DNA from: Nitrospirota bacterium
GTDB lineage: Bacteria; Nitrospirota; Thermodesulfovibrionia; Thermodesulfovibrionales; JdFR-88
Length of the DNA stretch: 64,000 nucleotides
NCBI GenBank assembly: GCA_021825295.1
Contig: JAKAHV010000005.1
Coordinates: 8,512-72,511, forward strand
Direction of reading: 5' to 3'
Shown: in pieces, positions 37,710 to 47,566 of the stretch
Layout of the letters: every line of letters starts with the position of its first letter
Numbering within the stretch: position 1 is the first letter of the stretch
Program-made: the position numbers and the translations under genes
The notes under the pieces: model-generated
What the model saw: only the letters and a program-made list of their open reading frames with translations
Database searches by the model: none
What the model was told of the DNA's origin: nothing

Positions 37710-38756
37710 TTGAAGGTCGCGAAACTCTACAGTTTTAACGATATAAGGATAGAGGAGATGCCCGTCCCGGAGCCCGGCCCCGGGGAGGCCGTCATGAAGA
37801 CGATGGCCTCCGGAATCTGCTCGGGCGACCTGATGCCCTGGTACATAGAGAAAAAGGCTCCTCTTGTGCTTGGCCACGAGCCGTCAGGCGTGATCGTGGA
37901 GACGGGCGACGGAGTTTCCGGCTTCAAACCTGGCGACAGGGTGGCGGTCCATCACCATGCCCCCTGCATGGACACCGCAAGGTGTCCTTTCTGCAGAAAG
38001 GGCGATTTCGTCCACTGTCCCACATGGAAGGGCTCTTCCATCCATCCGGGCGGCATATCGGAATACATCCGCATACCCCGGGTAAACCTTGAAAACGATA
38101 CCCTCAAACTTCCCTCAGGCATTTCCTTCGAGGACGGGATGCTCGTGGAGCCCCTGGGGTGTGTGCTGAAGGGGATTCGGAGGGCCGGGCTTGCCGGCGG
38201 CGGGTTTCATGCGGAGACGGCCCTTGTCATAGGGCTTGGCGTAATGGGCGCCCTCCATGTGCTTGCCCTGAAGGCCCTCGGCGTAAAAAAGGTAATCGGC
38301 GCCGACCGGGTTTCCTACCGGATTCAAAAGGCCCTGGAACTTGGGGCCGATCACGCAATAGATGCCGGGCGCGAGGACCTGGAGCGGGCGGTTTACGGGA
38401 TCACCGGCGGGCGGATGGCTGATGTGGTGATAGCGGGGCCAAACAGCGTCCATGCGATGGAGGCGGCCGTTAAGACGGCGGGCGAGGGCGGAAGGGTCGT
38501 CCTTTTTACGCCGGCAAAACCGGGGGAGGCGCTCAGCATGGACCCAAACGAGATTTACTTCAGGGAGATCAGCCTCATACCGAGCTACTCGACGGGCCCG
38601 GAGGACACCAGGGCGGCGCTGAAGATGATAGAGGAGGGGCGCGTGAGGGCCAGGATGGTCGTTACCCATCGCTTCCCCATCGGGGATACTCCCGTGGCGT
38701 ACAGGCTCGCCGCGCAGGCCGGGGAGTCCCTGAAGATCGCAATTACATTTGAGTGA
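37710..38756 (+). CDS. zinc-dependent medium-chain alcohol/polyol dehydrogenase (second paralogue)
   Basis: GICSGDL...GHEPSG, the Cys cluster CMDTARCPFCRKGDFVHC and GLGVMG. Confidence 0.85.
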   Translation: MKVAKLYSFNDIRIEEMPVPEPGPGEAVMKTMASGICSGDLMPWYIEKKAPLVLGHEPSGVIVETGDGVSGFKPGDRVAVHHHAPCMDTARCPFCRKGDFVHCPTWKGSSIHPGGISEYIRIPRVNLENDTLKLPSGISFEDGMLVEPLGCVLKGIRRAGLAGGGFHAETALVIGLGVMGALHVLALKALGVKKVIGADRVSYRIQKALELGADHAIDAGREDLERAVYGITGGRMADVVIAGPNSVHAMEAAVKTAGEGGRVVLFTPAKPGEALSMDPNEIYFREISLIPSYSTGPEDTRAALKMIEEGRVRARMVVTHRFPIGDTPVAYRLAAQAGESLKIAITFE

Positions 38757-39268
38757 AAGTGAAACCCGGATGCGGAGGCGAAATGCGCGCGAAACAGGCA
38801 AAGGACAAAAACACTAGCAGGGTCTTCAAGCACAAGGGCGGTTGCTCATGGAAGGGTGTAAGGCCGGAGATATATAAAAAAGGCGGCCCCGGCGACTGGA
38901 CCAGGGTGGCAAGGCATCTCCTGGTGGCGGGTTTCAGGGGGGAGAAGACGAAATTCCACCTGAGATATTTCGAGGTCTCCCCCGGCGGATATACGAGCCT
39001 TGAGACCCACAGGCACGAGCATGTCGTGGTGGTCATAAAGGGGCGGGGCAGGGTGAGGCTTGGCCGCAGGCTTCGCGAGCTGGGTTACCTGGACACGGTT
39101 TACATAGGCCCGGATGAGCCGCACCGCCTGCTGAACCCCTACGGGGAACCGTTCGGGTTTTTCTGCATCGTGGACGCCCGGCGCGACAGGCCTGTGCCGC
39201 TTGATCCCGATGGAGATAAAGGCCGCCGGGCAATAGCGGCGTGCCAGTTGCCGCCTGCCGGGGATTGA
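38753..39268 (+). CDS. cupin-domain protein
   Basis: The cupin metal motif pattern is GGYTSLETHRHEHVVVVIKG...P..PH. The GTG start overlaps the preceding stop (GTGA). Confidence 0.7.
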   Translation: MKVKPGCGGEMRAKQAKDKNTSRVFKHKGGCSWKGVRPEIYKKGGPGDWTRVARHLLVAGFRGEKTKFHLRYFEVSPGGYTSLETHRHEHVVVVIKGRGRVRLGRRLRELGYLDTVYIGPDEPHRLLNPYGEPFGFFCIVDARRDRPVPLDPDGDKGRRAIAACQLPPAGD

Positions 39269-39342
39269 TTGATATTTGGCGGCAAAAAATATTATCATAA
39301 ACCTTGGGTTTTCGGGATTTTGCATGAAAGGAGTATTTCGTA

Positions 39343-40905
39343 TTGGCTTCAAAAAGCTTTTCCGACAGGGTCTGGTCTTTCTTCTCCTCCATTAAGCTTG
39401 CAATCGCAATATTCGCCTTAATCGGCCTTACCTCCATTGTGGGCACCGTGATAGAACAGCAGGCCTCCTACAATACGAACATCAGGGTGCTTAACCATCT
39501 TGTCGGGCAGGGGCTTGCGCCCACGGCCTACAGGGTGCTGGACGCCCTGGGGTTCATGAACATGTACCGTTCCTGGTGGTTTTTGTCGCTGCTGGTGCTC
39601 TTCGCGGTAAACCTGCTTGTCTGCTCGATTGACAGGTTCCCGGCCATCTGGCGCATCATGCGGGCCCCGGTAAAGCCGCTGGCGGCGGAGCAGATGATGA
39701 AGATGCCCATAAAGGCGGAATTCAGGTTACAGGGGAGCCCGGAGGAGATCGAGCGGAAGGCCGCCGCCGGGATGAAATCCATCGGTTTCAGGGCGGCCAG
39801 GCATGAAGAGGGGGACGGCGCGGTCGAGCTTTTCGCGCAGAAGCACGCCTGGAGCCGTTCGGGTGTCTTTATCACGCATTTCAGCATCCTCATAATCATG
39901 ATCGGGGCCGTATCGGGCATCTTCTTCGGTTTCAACGCGATGTTGAACCTGCCCGAGGGCTACTCCACAAACGTCGTCTTTTCCCGTTCCGTCGATCTCT
40001 CCGACCAGGCGGAAAACGCCGTAAGGGCGAACCTGATGGGCGCGCTGGACTCCGCGGGGGGCGACATCAACCAGGCCGCCAGGGCCGCAGGCGAGGATGC
40101 GGCCAGCTTCAAAAAGGGCATGGAGCAGGCGGGGCTTATCCCCCTTAATTTCCAGGTGCTCTGCCAGCAATTCGAGGTCAAATACTACGGGCAGAGCGAT
40201 ATGCCGAAGGCATACAGGAGCCTGCTTACGGTGATTGATCACGGCAAGCCGGTCCTCACCAAGTGGGTTGAGGTGAACCATCCGCTTAAATACCATGGCG
40301 TTACGTTCTATCAGTCAAGCTACGGCCTCATGGACGACCTGTCAAACGGCATAGCCGAGCTCGATGTGAAATCCCCGAACGGGCAGTCCGTGACGGAGCG
40401 GCTTAAGATCGGCCAGAGCTTCCAGATACCGGGCACCGAGGAGACGGTGAAGCTGGCGGAGTTCAATCCGGCGCTGGCCTTCGACGATTCCGGGAAAGCC
40501 ATAACGTACTCGCAGATGATGACAAACCCCGCCGTCAGGGTCGAGATAACGGACGGCAAAGGGCCCGGGGTGTCCAAATGGATAGCCCAGAGATATCCGG
40601 AGACCTGGAGCCTGCCGGACGGCAGCACCGTGGGCCTGAAGGATTTCTGGGGCGTCCAGTACACGGGGCTGCAGGTCAGAAAAGACCCCGGCGTGTGGAT
40701 CGTCTATCTGGGCTGCATAACCCTGGCGCTCGGCCTTATGGTGGCTTTTTTCATGAGCCACAAGAAGATATGGATTCGCCTTGAGCCCGAGCAAAAAAAG
40801 AAGGGCACGCGCCTCATGATTGCGGCCACTTCCAACAAAAACAGGCAGGCATTCGAAAGGACCGTCGAAAAACTCGCCCTCGAATTGGAAAAAGGAGGTA
40901 AATAG
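39343..40905 (+). CDS. ccsB: System II cytochrome c biogenesis protein CcsB/ResB
   Basis: SSIKLAIAIFALIGLTSIVGTVIEQ is the ResB N-terminal signature. A large periplasmic domain and a C-terminal TM segment follow. Confidence 0.85.
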   Translation: MASKSFSDRVWSFFSSIKLAIAIFALIGLTSIVGTVIEQQASYNTNIRVLNHLVGQGLAPTAYRVLDALGFMNMYRSWWFLSLLVLFAVNLLVCSIDRFPAIWRIMRAPVKPLAAEQMMKMPIKAEFRLQGSPEEIERKAAAGMKSIGFRAARHEEGDGAVELFAQKHAWSRSGVFITHFSILIIMIGAVSGIFFGFNAMLNLPEGYSTNVVFSRSVDLSDQAENAVRANLMGALDSAGGDINQAARAAGEDAASFKKGMEQAGLIPLNFQVLCQQFEVKYYGQSDMPKAYRSLLTVIDHGKPVLTKWVEVNHPLKYHGVTFYQSSYGLMDDLSNGIAELDVKSPNGQSVTERLKIGQSFQIPGTEETVKLAEFNPALAFDDSGKAITYSQMMTNPAVRVEITDGKGPGVSKWIAQRYPETWSLPDGSTVGLKDFWGVQYTGLQVRKDPGVWIVYLGCITLALGLMVAFFMSHKKIWIRLEPEQKKKGTRLMIAATSNKNRQAFERTVEKLALELEKGGK

Positions 40906-40907
40906 AA

Positions 40908-41996
40908 TTGGAAAGCTCGTTATTTTTCGGCCTTTCCACTATGGCATACATCCTGGCAATGGTGGTCTACATAACCTATATCGGCTTCAGGAAGAAGGCG
41001 ATCGGGGTCACGGCGAGTGGTCTGACCATGTTCGGCTTCGCCTCGCAGACCCTGGCGATACTGCTTAGATGGAAGGAATTCTACCAGATCTCCGGCATGG
41101 GGCTTTTGCGCTCCATACCGCTTACAAACCTCTATGAATCGCTGGTCTTTTTCGTATGGTGCCTCATACTGGGCTACCTGATAGTGGAGTTCCGCTATAA
41201 AAACCGCTCCTTCGGCGCCTTCGTGACTCCGGTGGCTGCCCTTGCCCTGCTGTTCATAAGCCTCTCGGGTATGTCCACGCAGATAGAGCCCCTGGTGCCG
41301 GCCCTGCAGAGCAACTGGCTTCTGGCCCACGTGACGCTCTCTTTTATCTCCTATTCGGCCTTTGCCCTCTCCTTCAGCACGGGGCTCATGTACCTGATAG
41401 CCACCACAAAGCGCGGAGAAGGCGCCTACGCGTTCTGGACAGTGACGCTGGGTGTGTTCCTTGCGGTGCTTATGGCCATGGTGCTTGACTTCATAAGGTT
41501 CAAGGCGGCGGGCCTGGCGCCGGGCTCTGAGGAATTCATAAAAAGCTTCCTCTTCAAAAGCACCTACAAAAACCCCGAGGCTTCCATGCGGCTGGTAAGC
41601 TATCTGGCCACGATCCTGATCATATTCCTGACATGGAGGTATGGGGGGGCCCTCAAGAGGATAATCGAAGGTTTTAAGCTCCAGCCCGCGACGCTCGATG
41701 AGATAACCTACAAGGCCGTGGCCATAGGCTTTCCGATTTTCACCCTTGGCGGCCTCATATTCGGGGCCATCTGGGCCGACCAGGCATGGGGTGTTTACTG
41801 GAGCTGGGACCCCAAGGAGACCTGGTCCCTCATAACCTGGTTCATCTACGCATTCTATCTGCACGCGCGGTTCCTGAGGGGATGGCGCGGGCACAAGATC
41901 TCGGTGGTCGCCGTAATGGGTTTCGTGGCGGTTATATTCACGTACCTCGGGGTCAATCTGCTTTTAAGCGGGCTGCACTCCTATGGGAGCCGGTAG
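40908..41996 (+). CDS. ccsA: System II cytochrome c biogenesis protein CcsA/ResC
   Basis: WWD-type tryptophan-rich motif WGVYWSWDPKETWSLITW. TTG start 9 nt after AAGGAGG. Confidence 0.9.
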   Translation: MESSLFFGLSTMAYILAMVVYITYIGFRKKAIGVTASGLTMFGFASQTLAILLRWKEFYQISGMGLLRSIPLTNLYESLVFFVWCLILGYLIVEFRYKNRSFGAFVTPVAALALLFISLSGMSTQIEPLVPALQSNWLLAHVTLSFISYSAFALSFSTGLMYLIATTKRGEGAYAFWTVTLGVFLAVLMAMVLDFIRFKAAGLAPGSEEFIKSFLFKSTYKNPEASMRLVSYLATILIIFLTWRYGGALKRIIEGFKLQPATLDEITYKAVAIGFPIFTLGGLIFGAIWADQAWGVYWSWDPKETWSLITWFIYAFYLHARFLRGWRGHKISVVAVMGFVAVIFTYLGVNLLLSGLHSYGSR

Positions 41997-43494
41997 AGAA
42001 AAGAGGGCTATCCGTTCGAGCCTGAAAGGCAGATTTCTGCTGGCCGCGGGCGGCCTGCTTCTGGCCGTCCTGGGATTTCTCAATTACCAGGGCTACGCCT
42101 ACGGTCGCCACCGCATAATCGAAGGCTACTCCCGCAGTCTCTCCAATATTACGGAGGTGGTCAAAAGCGGCCTGACGACCGTGATGACGAGCGGCAACGA
42201 GAGCCTGTTCAGGAATTTCATCACGGCCGGCATGACCGAAAACCTCAAGGTAATGCGCCTCATAAACCCGGACAGCGGCAAGATCATCTCCTCCACCATG
42301 GCCTCGGAGGACAATTACGTCATGAAAAACCCGCCCCTCGAGAGAAAGATCGTCATGGACGGCCGGGGAATCCCGCTATCGATGTTCGTCCCCATATACA
42401 ACAACAAGCCCTGCCAGGGCTGCCATGGCGCTGAAAAAGAGATACTTGCGGTGCTGAACGTGGAGCTTGTAAACCAGGAGGCGGCCGACAGGCTCCGCGC
42501 GCTTAAAAACAGGGCCATGATTTCCTTCGGGGCGGGCTTTCTGCTCATATTCATGCCGCTGTCGCTCTTTTATATCCGCTTTGTGGACAAACCTCTGAAG
42601 TCCATACAAAAGAGCGCGAAGGCGGCCGCCGGAGGGGATTTTACCGTAAAATTCCGCGATGGGCGGCCGGAAGGGGCCCGGGGCATGGATTACCGGGGCC
42701 CGGACGAGCTTGGCAGGCTCTGCGCGGACTTAAACCATGTATTCGGGAATTTCAGGCGGATGAAGGCGGAATTTGAAAGCCGTTCGGCCGAGACGGTGGC
42801 GAAGATGGAAAAGATGGCCACCCTTGGAGAGCTGGCGGCGGCCGTGGCGCATGAGATCAAAAATCCGCTGGCGGGCATCAGCGGGGCCATACAGGTTTTT
42901 GCCGAGGACATCCCCGGAAATGACCCCAGAAAAGAGATTATAAATGACGTCCTGGGCGAGATAGACCGCCTCGACCAATCCGTAAGGAACCTGCTTGCCT
43001 ACGCGAGGCCCCCCATACTGCGCCCGGTGAATATGGACCTCCTCTCGGTCGTCGAGCGCGCCAGGAGGCTCACGGAAAAACAGGCCGACTCGCAGGGCGT
43101 GCAGATAGTAATGCCCTCCATGGCCGCTGCGCCCGCCGTCATCGAGGCGGACCCGGAGCAGATGCAGCAGGTCTTTTTCAATATCTTCCAGAACTGCCTG
43201 CGCTCCATGCCAAGCGGAGGGGTGCTTTCCGTCGAGATCCTGCCTGGCGCCGGCGAAGAGGTGGAGGTCCGGATTTCGGACACCGGCATGGGCATACCGG
43301 CCGATTCCCTGGAGCACATCTTCAAGCCCTTTTTTACGACGAAACATTCGGGTTCGGGCCTGGGGCTTGCCATCAGCAAGAATATCGTTGAAGAGCACGG
43401 CGGCCGGATCGAGGTCGAGAGCCGGCCCGGCTTGGGGAGCACTTTTCATGTTATAATGCAAAGCCGCATGGCAGCGTCCCGGAAAGATGGCTAA
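41983..43494 (+). CDS. sensor histidine kinase with periplasmic CxxCH (putative haem c) sensor domain
   Basis: Two TM segments flank a periplasmic region of ~140 aa containing NKPCQGCHG (42412-42426). It also has HAMP-like, H-box (AAAVAHEIKNPL) and HATPase (GSGLGLAISK) regions. The start overlaps the ccsA stop by 14 nt. Confidence 0.85.
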   Translation: MGAGREKRAIRSSLKGRFLLAAGGLLLAVLGFLNYQGYAYGRHRIIEGYSRSLSNITEVVKSGLTTVMTSGNESLFRNFITAGMTENLKVMRLINPDSGKIISSTMASEDNYVMKNPPLERKIVMDGRGIPLSMFVPIYNNKPCQGCHGAEKEILAVLNVELVNQEAADRLRALKNRAMISFGAGFLLIFMPLSLFYIRFVDKPLKSIQKSAKAAAGGDFTVKFRDGRPEGARGMDYRGPDELGRLCADLNHVFGNFRRMKAEFESRSAETVAKMEKMATLGELAAAVAHEIKNPLAGISGAIQVFAEDIPGNDPRKEIINDVLGEIDRLDQSVRNLLAYARPPILRPVNMDLLSVVERARRLTEKQADSQGVQIVMPSMAAAPAVIEADPEQMQQVFFNIFQNCLRSMPSGGVLSVEILPGAGEEVEVRISDTGMGIPADSLEHIFKPFFTTKHSGSGLGLAISKNIVEEHGGRIEVESRPGLGSTFHVIMQSRMAASRKDG

Positions 43495-44872
43495 GACAAA
43501 GATACTTGTAATTGACGACGAAAAACTCCTCAGGTGGTCCCTTGAACAGAACCTCTCAAAGGACGGCTATCAGGTAATAACCGCGGAAAAAGGGCTGGAC
43601 GGCCTCACCGTGTTCCGGGAGGAGTCCCCCGATATAACGCTCCTGGACATCCACCTGCCGGACATATCCGGCATAACCGTGCTTGAAGGGCTCAAGGAGA
43701 TAAACAAGGACGCCGTTGTCATAATGATAACGGCCTTCGGAGACGTCCAGACGGCAGTAAAGACCATAAAGCTCGGCGCCCATGATTTCGTCGAAAAACC
43801 CTTCAATATGGACAAGCTCAAGATCATCATACAAAAGGCGCTTGAGACCTGCACCCTGAGGAAGGAGGTCTCCCAGTTCCGCTCCCAACTCAGCTCACGG
43901 TACGGCTTCGAAAGCATCATCGGGCAGTCTGCCCCGGTAAAAAAGATCCTCGGGCTGATAGAGAAGGTCTCCAGAAGCGATGCCACCACGGTCCTTATGC
44001 AGGGGGAGAGCGGCTCGGGCAAGGATCTGGTCGCCAAGGTCATCCATTACCAGAGCGCCCGCATGGAAAAGCCCTTCATAGAGATAAACTGCACGGCCTT
44101 GCCGGAAAACCTTATCGAAAGCGAGCTCTTCGGTTATGAAAAAGGCGCCTTCACGGATGCCAGGGCGATGAAAAAAGGGCTCTTCGAGCTTGCCGACAGG
44201 GGCACGATATACCTGGACGAAATCGCTGACATGAGGCTCAACACCCAGGCCAAGCTCCTGAAGGTGCTCGAGAACAAGGCCTTCAAGCGCGTGGGGGGGA
44301 TAAAGGACATAGAAGTCGACCTGCGCATAATAGCCGCCACAAACAAATCGCTCGATGAGGAAGTGAAGAAGGGGAATTTCCGGGAGGACCTCTACTACAG
44401 GCTGAAGGTCGTCCCGATACACCTGCCGCCCCTGAGGGAGCGCGGCGAAGACATCCTGCTTCTGGCCCGCTATTTCATAGACACCTTCAACCGCGAATTC
44501 AGGAAGAACGTAAAGGGCCTTTCCAGGGACACGGAGACCCTTTTCCTCGAATACCACTGGCCCGGCAATGTGCGGGAGCTGAAAAACGTGATAGAAAGGG
44601 CCATGATACTCGAAAACGAGGAGTTGATACTGCCGGAGCACCTGCCGCTTGAACTCTGCTCCGACAACTCCGATGGCGCGGAAAACAATGATGTGGATGT
44701 AAAACTGCCCGCCGGGGGGCTGGACATCGAAAAGGTCGAAAAGGAACTTATAAGACAGGCCCTGGATACTACCAGGGGCAATCAGACGAAAGCCGCCAAA
44801 CTGCTTAATCTGACGAGAGACACGCTCCGTTACCGGATGCAGAAATTCGGTTTTCTTCCTGATAAAGAATAA
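43487..44872 (+). CDS. sigma-54-dependent response regulator (NtrC/AtoC family)
   Basis: Receiver domain (ILVIDDE...LLDIHLPD), an AAA+ domain with GESGSGKD and a GAFTDA loop, and a C-terminal Fis-type HTH. Overlaps the kinase gene by 8 nt. Confidence 0.9.
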   Translation: MAKTKILVIDDEKLLRWSLEQNLSKDGYQVITAEKGLDGLTVFREESPDITLLDIHLPDISGITVLEGLKEINKDAVVIMITAFGDVQTAVKTIKLGAHDFVEKPFNMDKLKIIIQKALETCTLRKEVSQFRSQLSSRYGFESIIGQSAPVKKILGLIEKVSRSDATTVLMQGESGSGKDLVAKVIHYQSARMEKPFIEINCTALPENLIESELFGYEKGAFTDARAMKKGLFELADRGTIYLDEIADMRLNTQAKLLKVLENKAFKRVGGIKDIEVDLRIIAATNKSLDEEVKKGNFREDLYYRLKVVPIHLPPLRERGEDILLLARYFIDTFNREFRKNVKGLSRDTETLFLEYHWPGNVRELKNVIERAMILENEELILPEHLPLELCSDNSDGAENNDVDVKLPAGGLDIEKVEKELIRQALDTTRGNQTKAAKLLNLTRDTLRYRMQKFGFLPDKE

Positions 44873-44943
44873 AACTGGATTATTAAAAAAAAGAGTTTCG
44901 AAATATAGCACGCTTTTTGCTGCAACCAATCTAATATACCGGA

Positions 44944-45297
44944 ATGAATATCCTAATTGTAGATGACGAACAGCTCGTCAGGTGGTTCCTCGAGAGGGCG
45001 CTATCGCGTCTCGGACACAAGATTGTATCGGTTTCCAGCGCCGCGGAGGCCGTCCGGGCCCTCTCCAGTGAGAGGTTCGACCTCATGTTCACCGACCTGA
45101 GGATGCCTGAGGAAAATGGCGCAGTTTTGATAGAAAAAGTGAGTGAAATCACCAAAGGCAACCCACCGAAGATAGTGGTTTGCTCCGCTTATCTGACCTC
45201 CGAGATGATCGATGGATATAAAAACGGGGGAATAAGGGTCCTTAGAAAGCCCTTCAAGCTCGAGGAGCTGGAGGGCATACTGGCCGATTCGGCCTAG
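44944..45297 (+). CDS. single-domain response regulator (CheY-like)
   Basis: 117 aa. NILIVDDE, FTDLRMP and a conserved Lys context (VLRKPF). Confidence 0.85.
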   Translation: MNILIVDDEQLVRWFLERALSRLGHKIVSVSSAAEAVRALSSERFDLMFTDLRMPEENGAVLIEKVSEITKGNPPKIVVCSAYLTSEMIDGYKNGGIRVLRKPFKLEELEGILADSA

Positions 45298-45340
45298 TGT
45301 GAAGTCCCGGAAATAACCATAATAATTCCATCCCCATACT

Positions 45341-45468
45341 GGACATCTGCCCGGTCCTTTCGTTCGGCCGCGCGGTTCCGGACGTATACAAACGGCCTTA
45401 TTTAGGCGTCTTTCAGGGCGAATGGCGAAAGATTGGCAGGATGCGTCAGGAACCCCGCAGATATCGCC
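45341..45468. repeat. deleted core-only relative of the family A element (copy B2)
   Basis: ggacatctgcccggtcctttcgttcggccgcgcggttccggacgta...cagggcgaatggcgaaagattggcaggatgcg aligns with B1 and with the A1 interior. The right part is deleted. Confidence 0.5.
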
Positions 45469-45632
45469 TTTCACTGGAATATCATCGAGAGCCTGCAAAT
45501 CAAACGGAGGCGCTACCAAAACCGGAAGGGCCCATTTTTTTGGTTTAATCTATGTTAATCTATGAGAAGAAGGCAAAAAAGGGAGGGAAAACCCCTTTTG
45601 ATTTGTCTTTTTGAAGGAGGAACATTTCCGCA

Positions 45633-46469
45633 ATGAACGGACTAAAGACCACTGTCCTGCTGGTTGCGCTCACTCTGTTTTTTCTCTGGGTGGGACGCCT
45701 GATAGGGGGCCAGCAGGGGATGACCATCGCCCTGATATTCGCCCTGGGCATGAACGCGTTCGCCTATTGGTTTTCAGACAAGATGGTGTTGAGGATGTAT
45801 CATGCGCAGGAGGTGGACGAGTCCACCGCGCCGGAGCTCTACGGCATCGTCCGCAGGCTTTCGACCAAGGCGGGGCTGCCGATGCCGAAGGTCTACATCA
45901 TTCCCCAGGACCAGCCAAACGCCTTTGCCACGGGAAGAAACCCCAAGCACGCGGCGGTCGCGGCCACGCAGGGCATTTTGAGACTGCTTACCCCGGAGGA
46001 GCTGGCTGGTGTCATCGGCCATGAGCTGTCGCACGTGAAACACAGGGACATTCTAATAAGCTCGGTTGCCGCCACCGTGGCCGCTGCCATAAGCTATCTT
46101 GCCCAGATGGGCCAGTGGGCCCTGATCTTCGGCGGCGGGCGGGACCGCGACAGGGATGAAAGCCCCCTGGCCGCGCTTCTCATGATGTTCATCGCGCCCA
46201 TAATCGCAATGATCATCCAGATGGCGATATCGAGGTCAAGGGAGTACTCCGCGGACCAGAGCGGGGCCGAGCTGGCCGGCAATCCCCGTTTTCTCTCGAA
46301 CGCCCTGAGGAAACTGGATTACGCCTCCAAACGGGTCCCGATGGGCGCAACGCCGGCAACCGCCCATATGTTCATAGTCAACCCCTTAAGCGGCAAATTC
46401 CTGCTGAGGCTGTTTAGCACCCATCCGCCCATTGAGGACCGGATCAGGCGTCTCGAAGGCGGCCTGTAA
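45633..46469 (+). CDS. htpX: zinc metalloprotease HtpX (M48)
   Basis: The [10 protein letters not shown] HExxH motif, four TM segments and a C-terminal [10 protein letters not shown]. Confidence 0.9.
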   Translation: MNGLKTTVLLVALTLFFLWVGRLIGGQQGMTIALIFALGMNAFAYWFSDKMVLRMYHAQEVDESTAPELYGIVRRLSTKAGLPMPKVYIIPQDQPNAFATGRNPKHAAVAATQGILRLLTPEELAGVIGHELSHVKHRDILISSVAATVAAAISYLAQMGQWALIFGGGRDRDRDESPLAALLMMFIAPIIAMIIQMAISRSREYSADQSGAELAGNPRFLSNALRKLDYASKRVPMGATPATAHMFIVNPLSGKFLLRLFSTHPPIEDRIRRLEGGL

Positions 46470-46478
46470 GACAACCGG

Positions 46479-46553
46479 GGCAGAGGCGCATGGGGGCATG
46501 GCTCCCCATCCGCCTTCTGCCACGCTCTGCATTGCCTGATGCACTACAGGCCC
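46479..46553. repeat. family C element, minimal hairpin copy C1
   Basis: ggcagaggcgcatggggg-catggct-ccccatccgccttctgcc. The following acgctctgcattgcctgatgcactac is the reverse complement of the left arm of C2 (50557-50600). Confidence 0.5.
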
Positions 46554-46600
46554 CCAAGGCAAGTTGACTCTTTTGCAGGAATTCATCAAAATATCTACCT

Positions 46601-47566
46601 ATGAGCGCCCTGGTTACAGGAGCCACCGGTTTCATCGGGGGCCATCTGGTGCCGAAGCTCCTCGAAAAAGGGTACAAGGTGCGCTGTCTTGTGAGGGGAA
46701 CTTCCGCGCTGGCAAAGCTGGATGGCTTGGATGTGGAGTTTTTTCCCGGAGACCTTTCAGACCCCGGGTCTCTGCGCAAGGCGGTCCGCGGAGTGGACTA
46801 TGTCTTCCATCTGGCCGGGCTTACAAAAACCAATAAAAATCAGGAGTTTTACGACGTAAACTTCCGCGGGACGGAAAATCTGGCTGAGGCGGCGGCAAAA
46901 GAAAATCCCGGACTTAAGAAATTCGTCTATCTCAGCTCCCATGCCGCGGCGGGTCCCTCGTTTAACGGCGGGGCCCTCACGGAGGAAAAAGAGCCCCATC
47001 CGGTTTCGCACTACGGAAAAAGCAAGCTGCTGGGGGAGAAGGCCGTCCTCGGACGCGCAGGCCTGATGCCCGTGGTGGTATTGCGCCCGACTGCGGTTTA
47101 CGGGCCGGGGGACAGGGATTTTTACCTTTTTTTCAAGGCAATCAACAAGGGCATTTTCCCCTATTGGGGGGCGTGCCGCTACTCTCTTTTATACGTCGGG
47201 GACCTGGTCCAGGGAATAATCGCCGCGGCCGAGGCCCCTCAGGCCGCCGGAAGGGTTTTTTTCCTCTCCGACGGGAACATTTATACCAACAGCGAGATAG
47301 CCCGGACCATTGCGGGCGCCCTCCACAGCAGGCTCCTGAAACTCCCCATGCCCAGATTTTTTCTTCTCATTGCAGCCACTTTTTCGGCCCTGGCCGGAAA
47401 AGATTCAGGTATAATAAACAAGGACAAGCTCAGGGAGATGGGCTTTCCGAACTGGTGCTGTGACCCGGGCAGGGCTAAAAGGGAGATCGGTTTTCTGCCC
47501 AAAATCACTTTAAAGGAAGGGGCAAAGTGGACGGCAGAGTGGTACAGGATTCATCAATGGTTATAA
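46601..47566 (+). CDS. NAD-dependent epimerase/dehydratase-family (extended SDR) reductase
   Basis: [12 protein letters not shown] Rossmann motif and a YxxxK context (HYGKSK). Confidence 0.8.
   Translation: MSALVTGATGFIGGHLVPKLLEKGYKVRCLVRGTSALAKLDGLDVEFFPGDLSDPGSLRKAVRGVDYVFHLAGLTKTNKNQEFYDVNFRGTENLAEAAAKENPGLKKFVYLSSHAAAGPSFNGGALTEEKEPHPVSHYGKSKLLGEKAVLGRAGLMPVVVLRPTAVYGPGDRDFYLFFKAINKGIFPYWGACRYSLLYVGDLVQGIIAAAEAPQAAGRVFFLSDGNIYTNSEIARTIAGALHSRLLKLPMPRFFLLIAATFSALAGKDSGIINKDKLREMGFPNWCCDPGRAKREIGFLPKITLKEGAKWTAEWYRIHQWL

Noticed and set aside
44906-44921. Sigma-54-like motif TAGCACGCTTTTTGCT upstream of the CheY-like gene.
   Set aside because: The spacing and -12 element fit, but the nearly invariant -24 GG is AG, and the motif lies only ~23 nt from the start codon. 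This is too weak to call.
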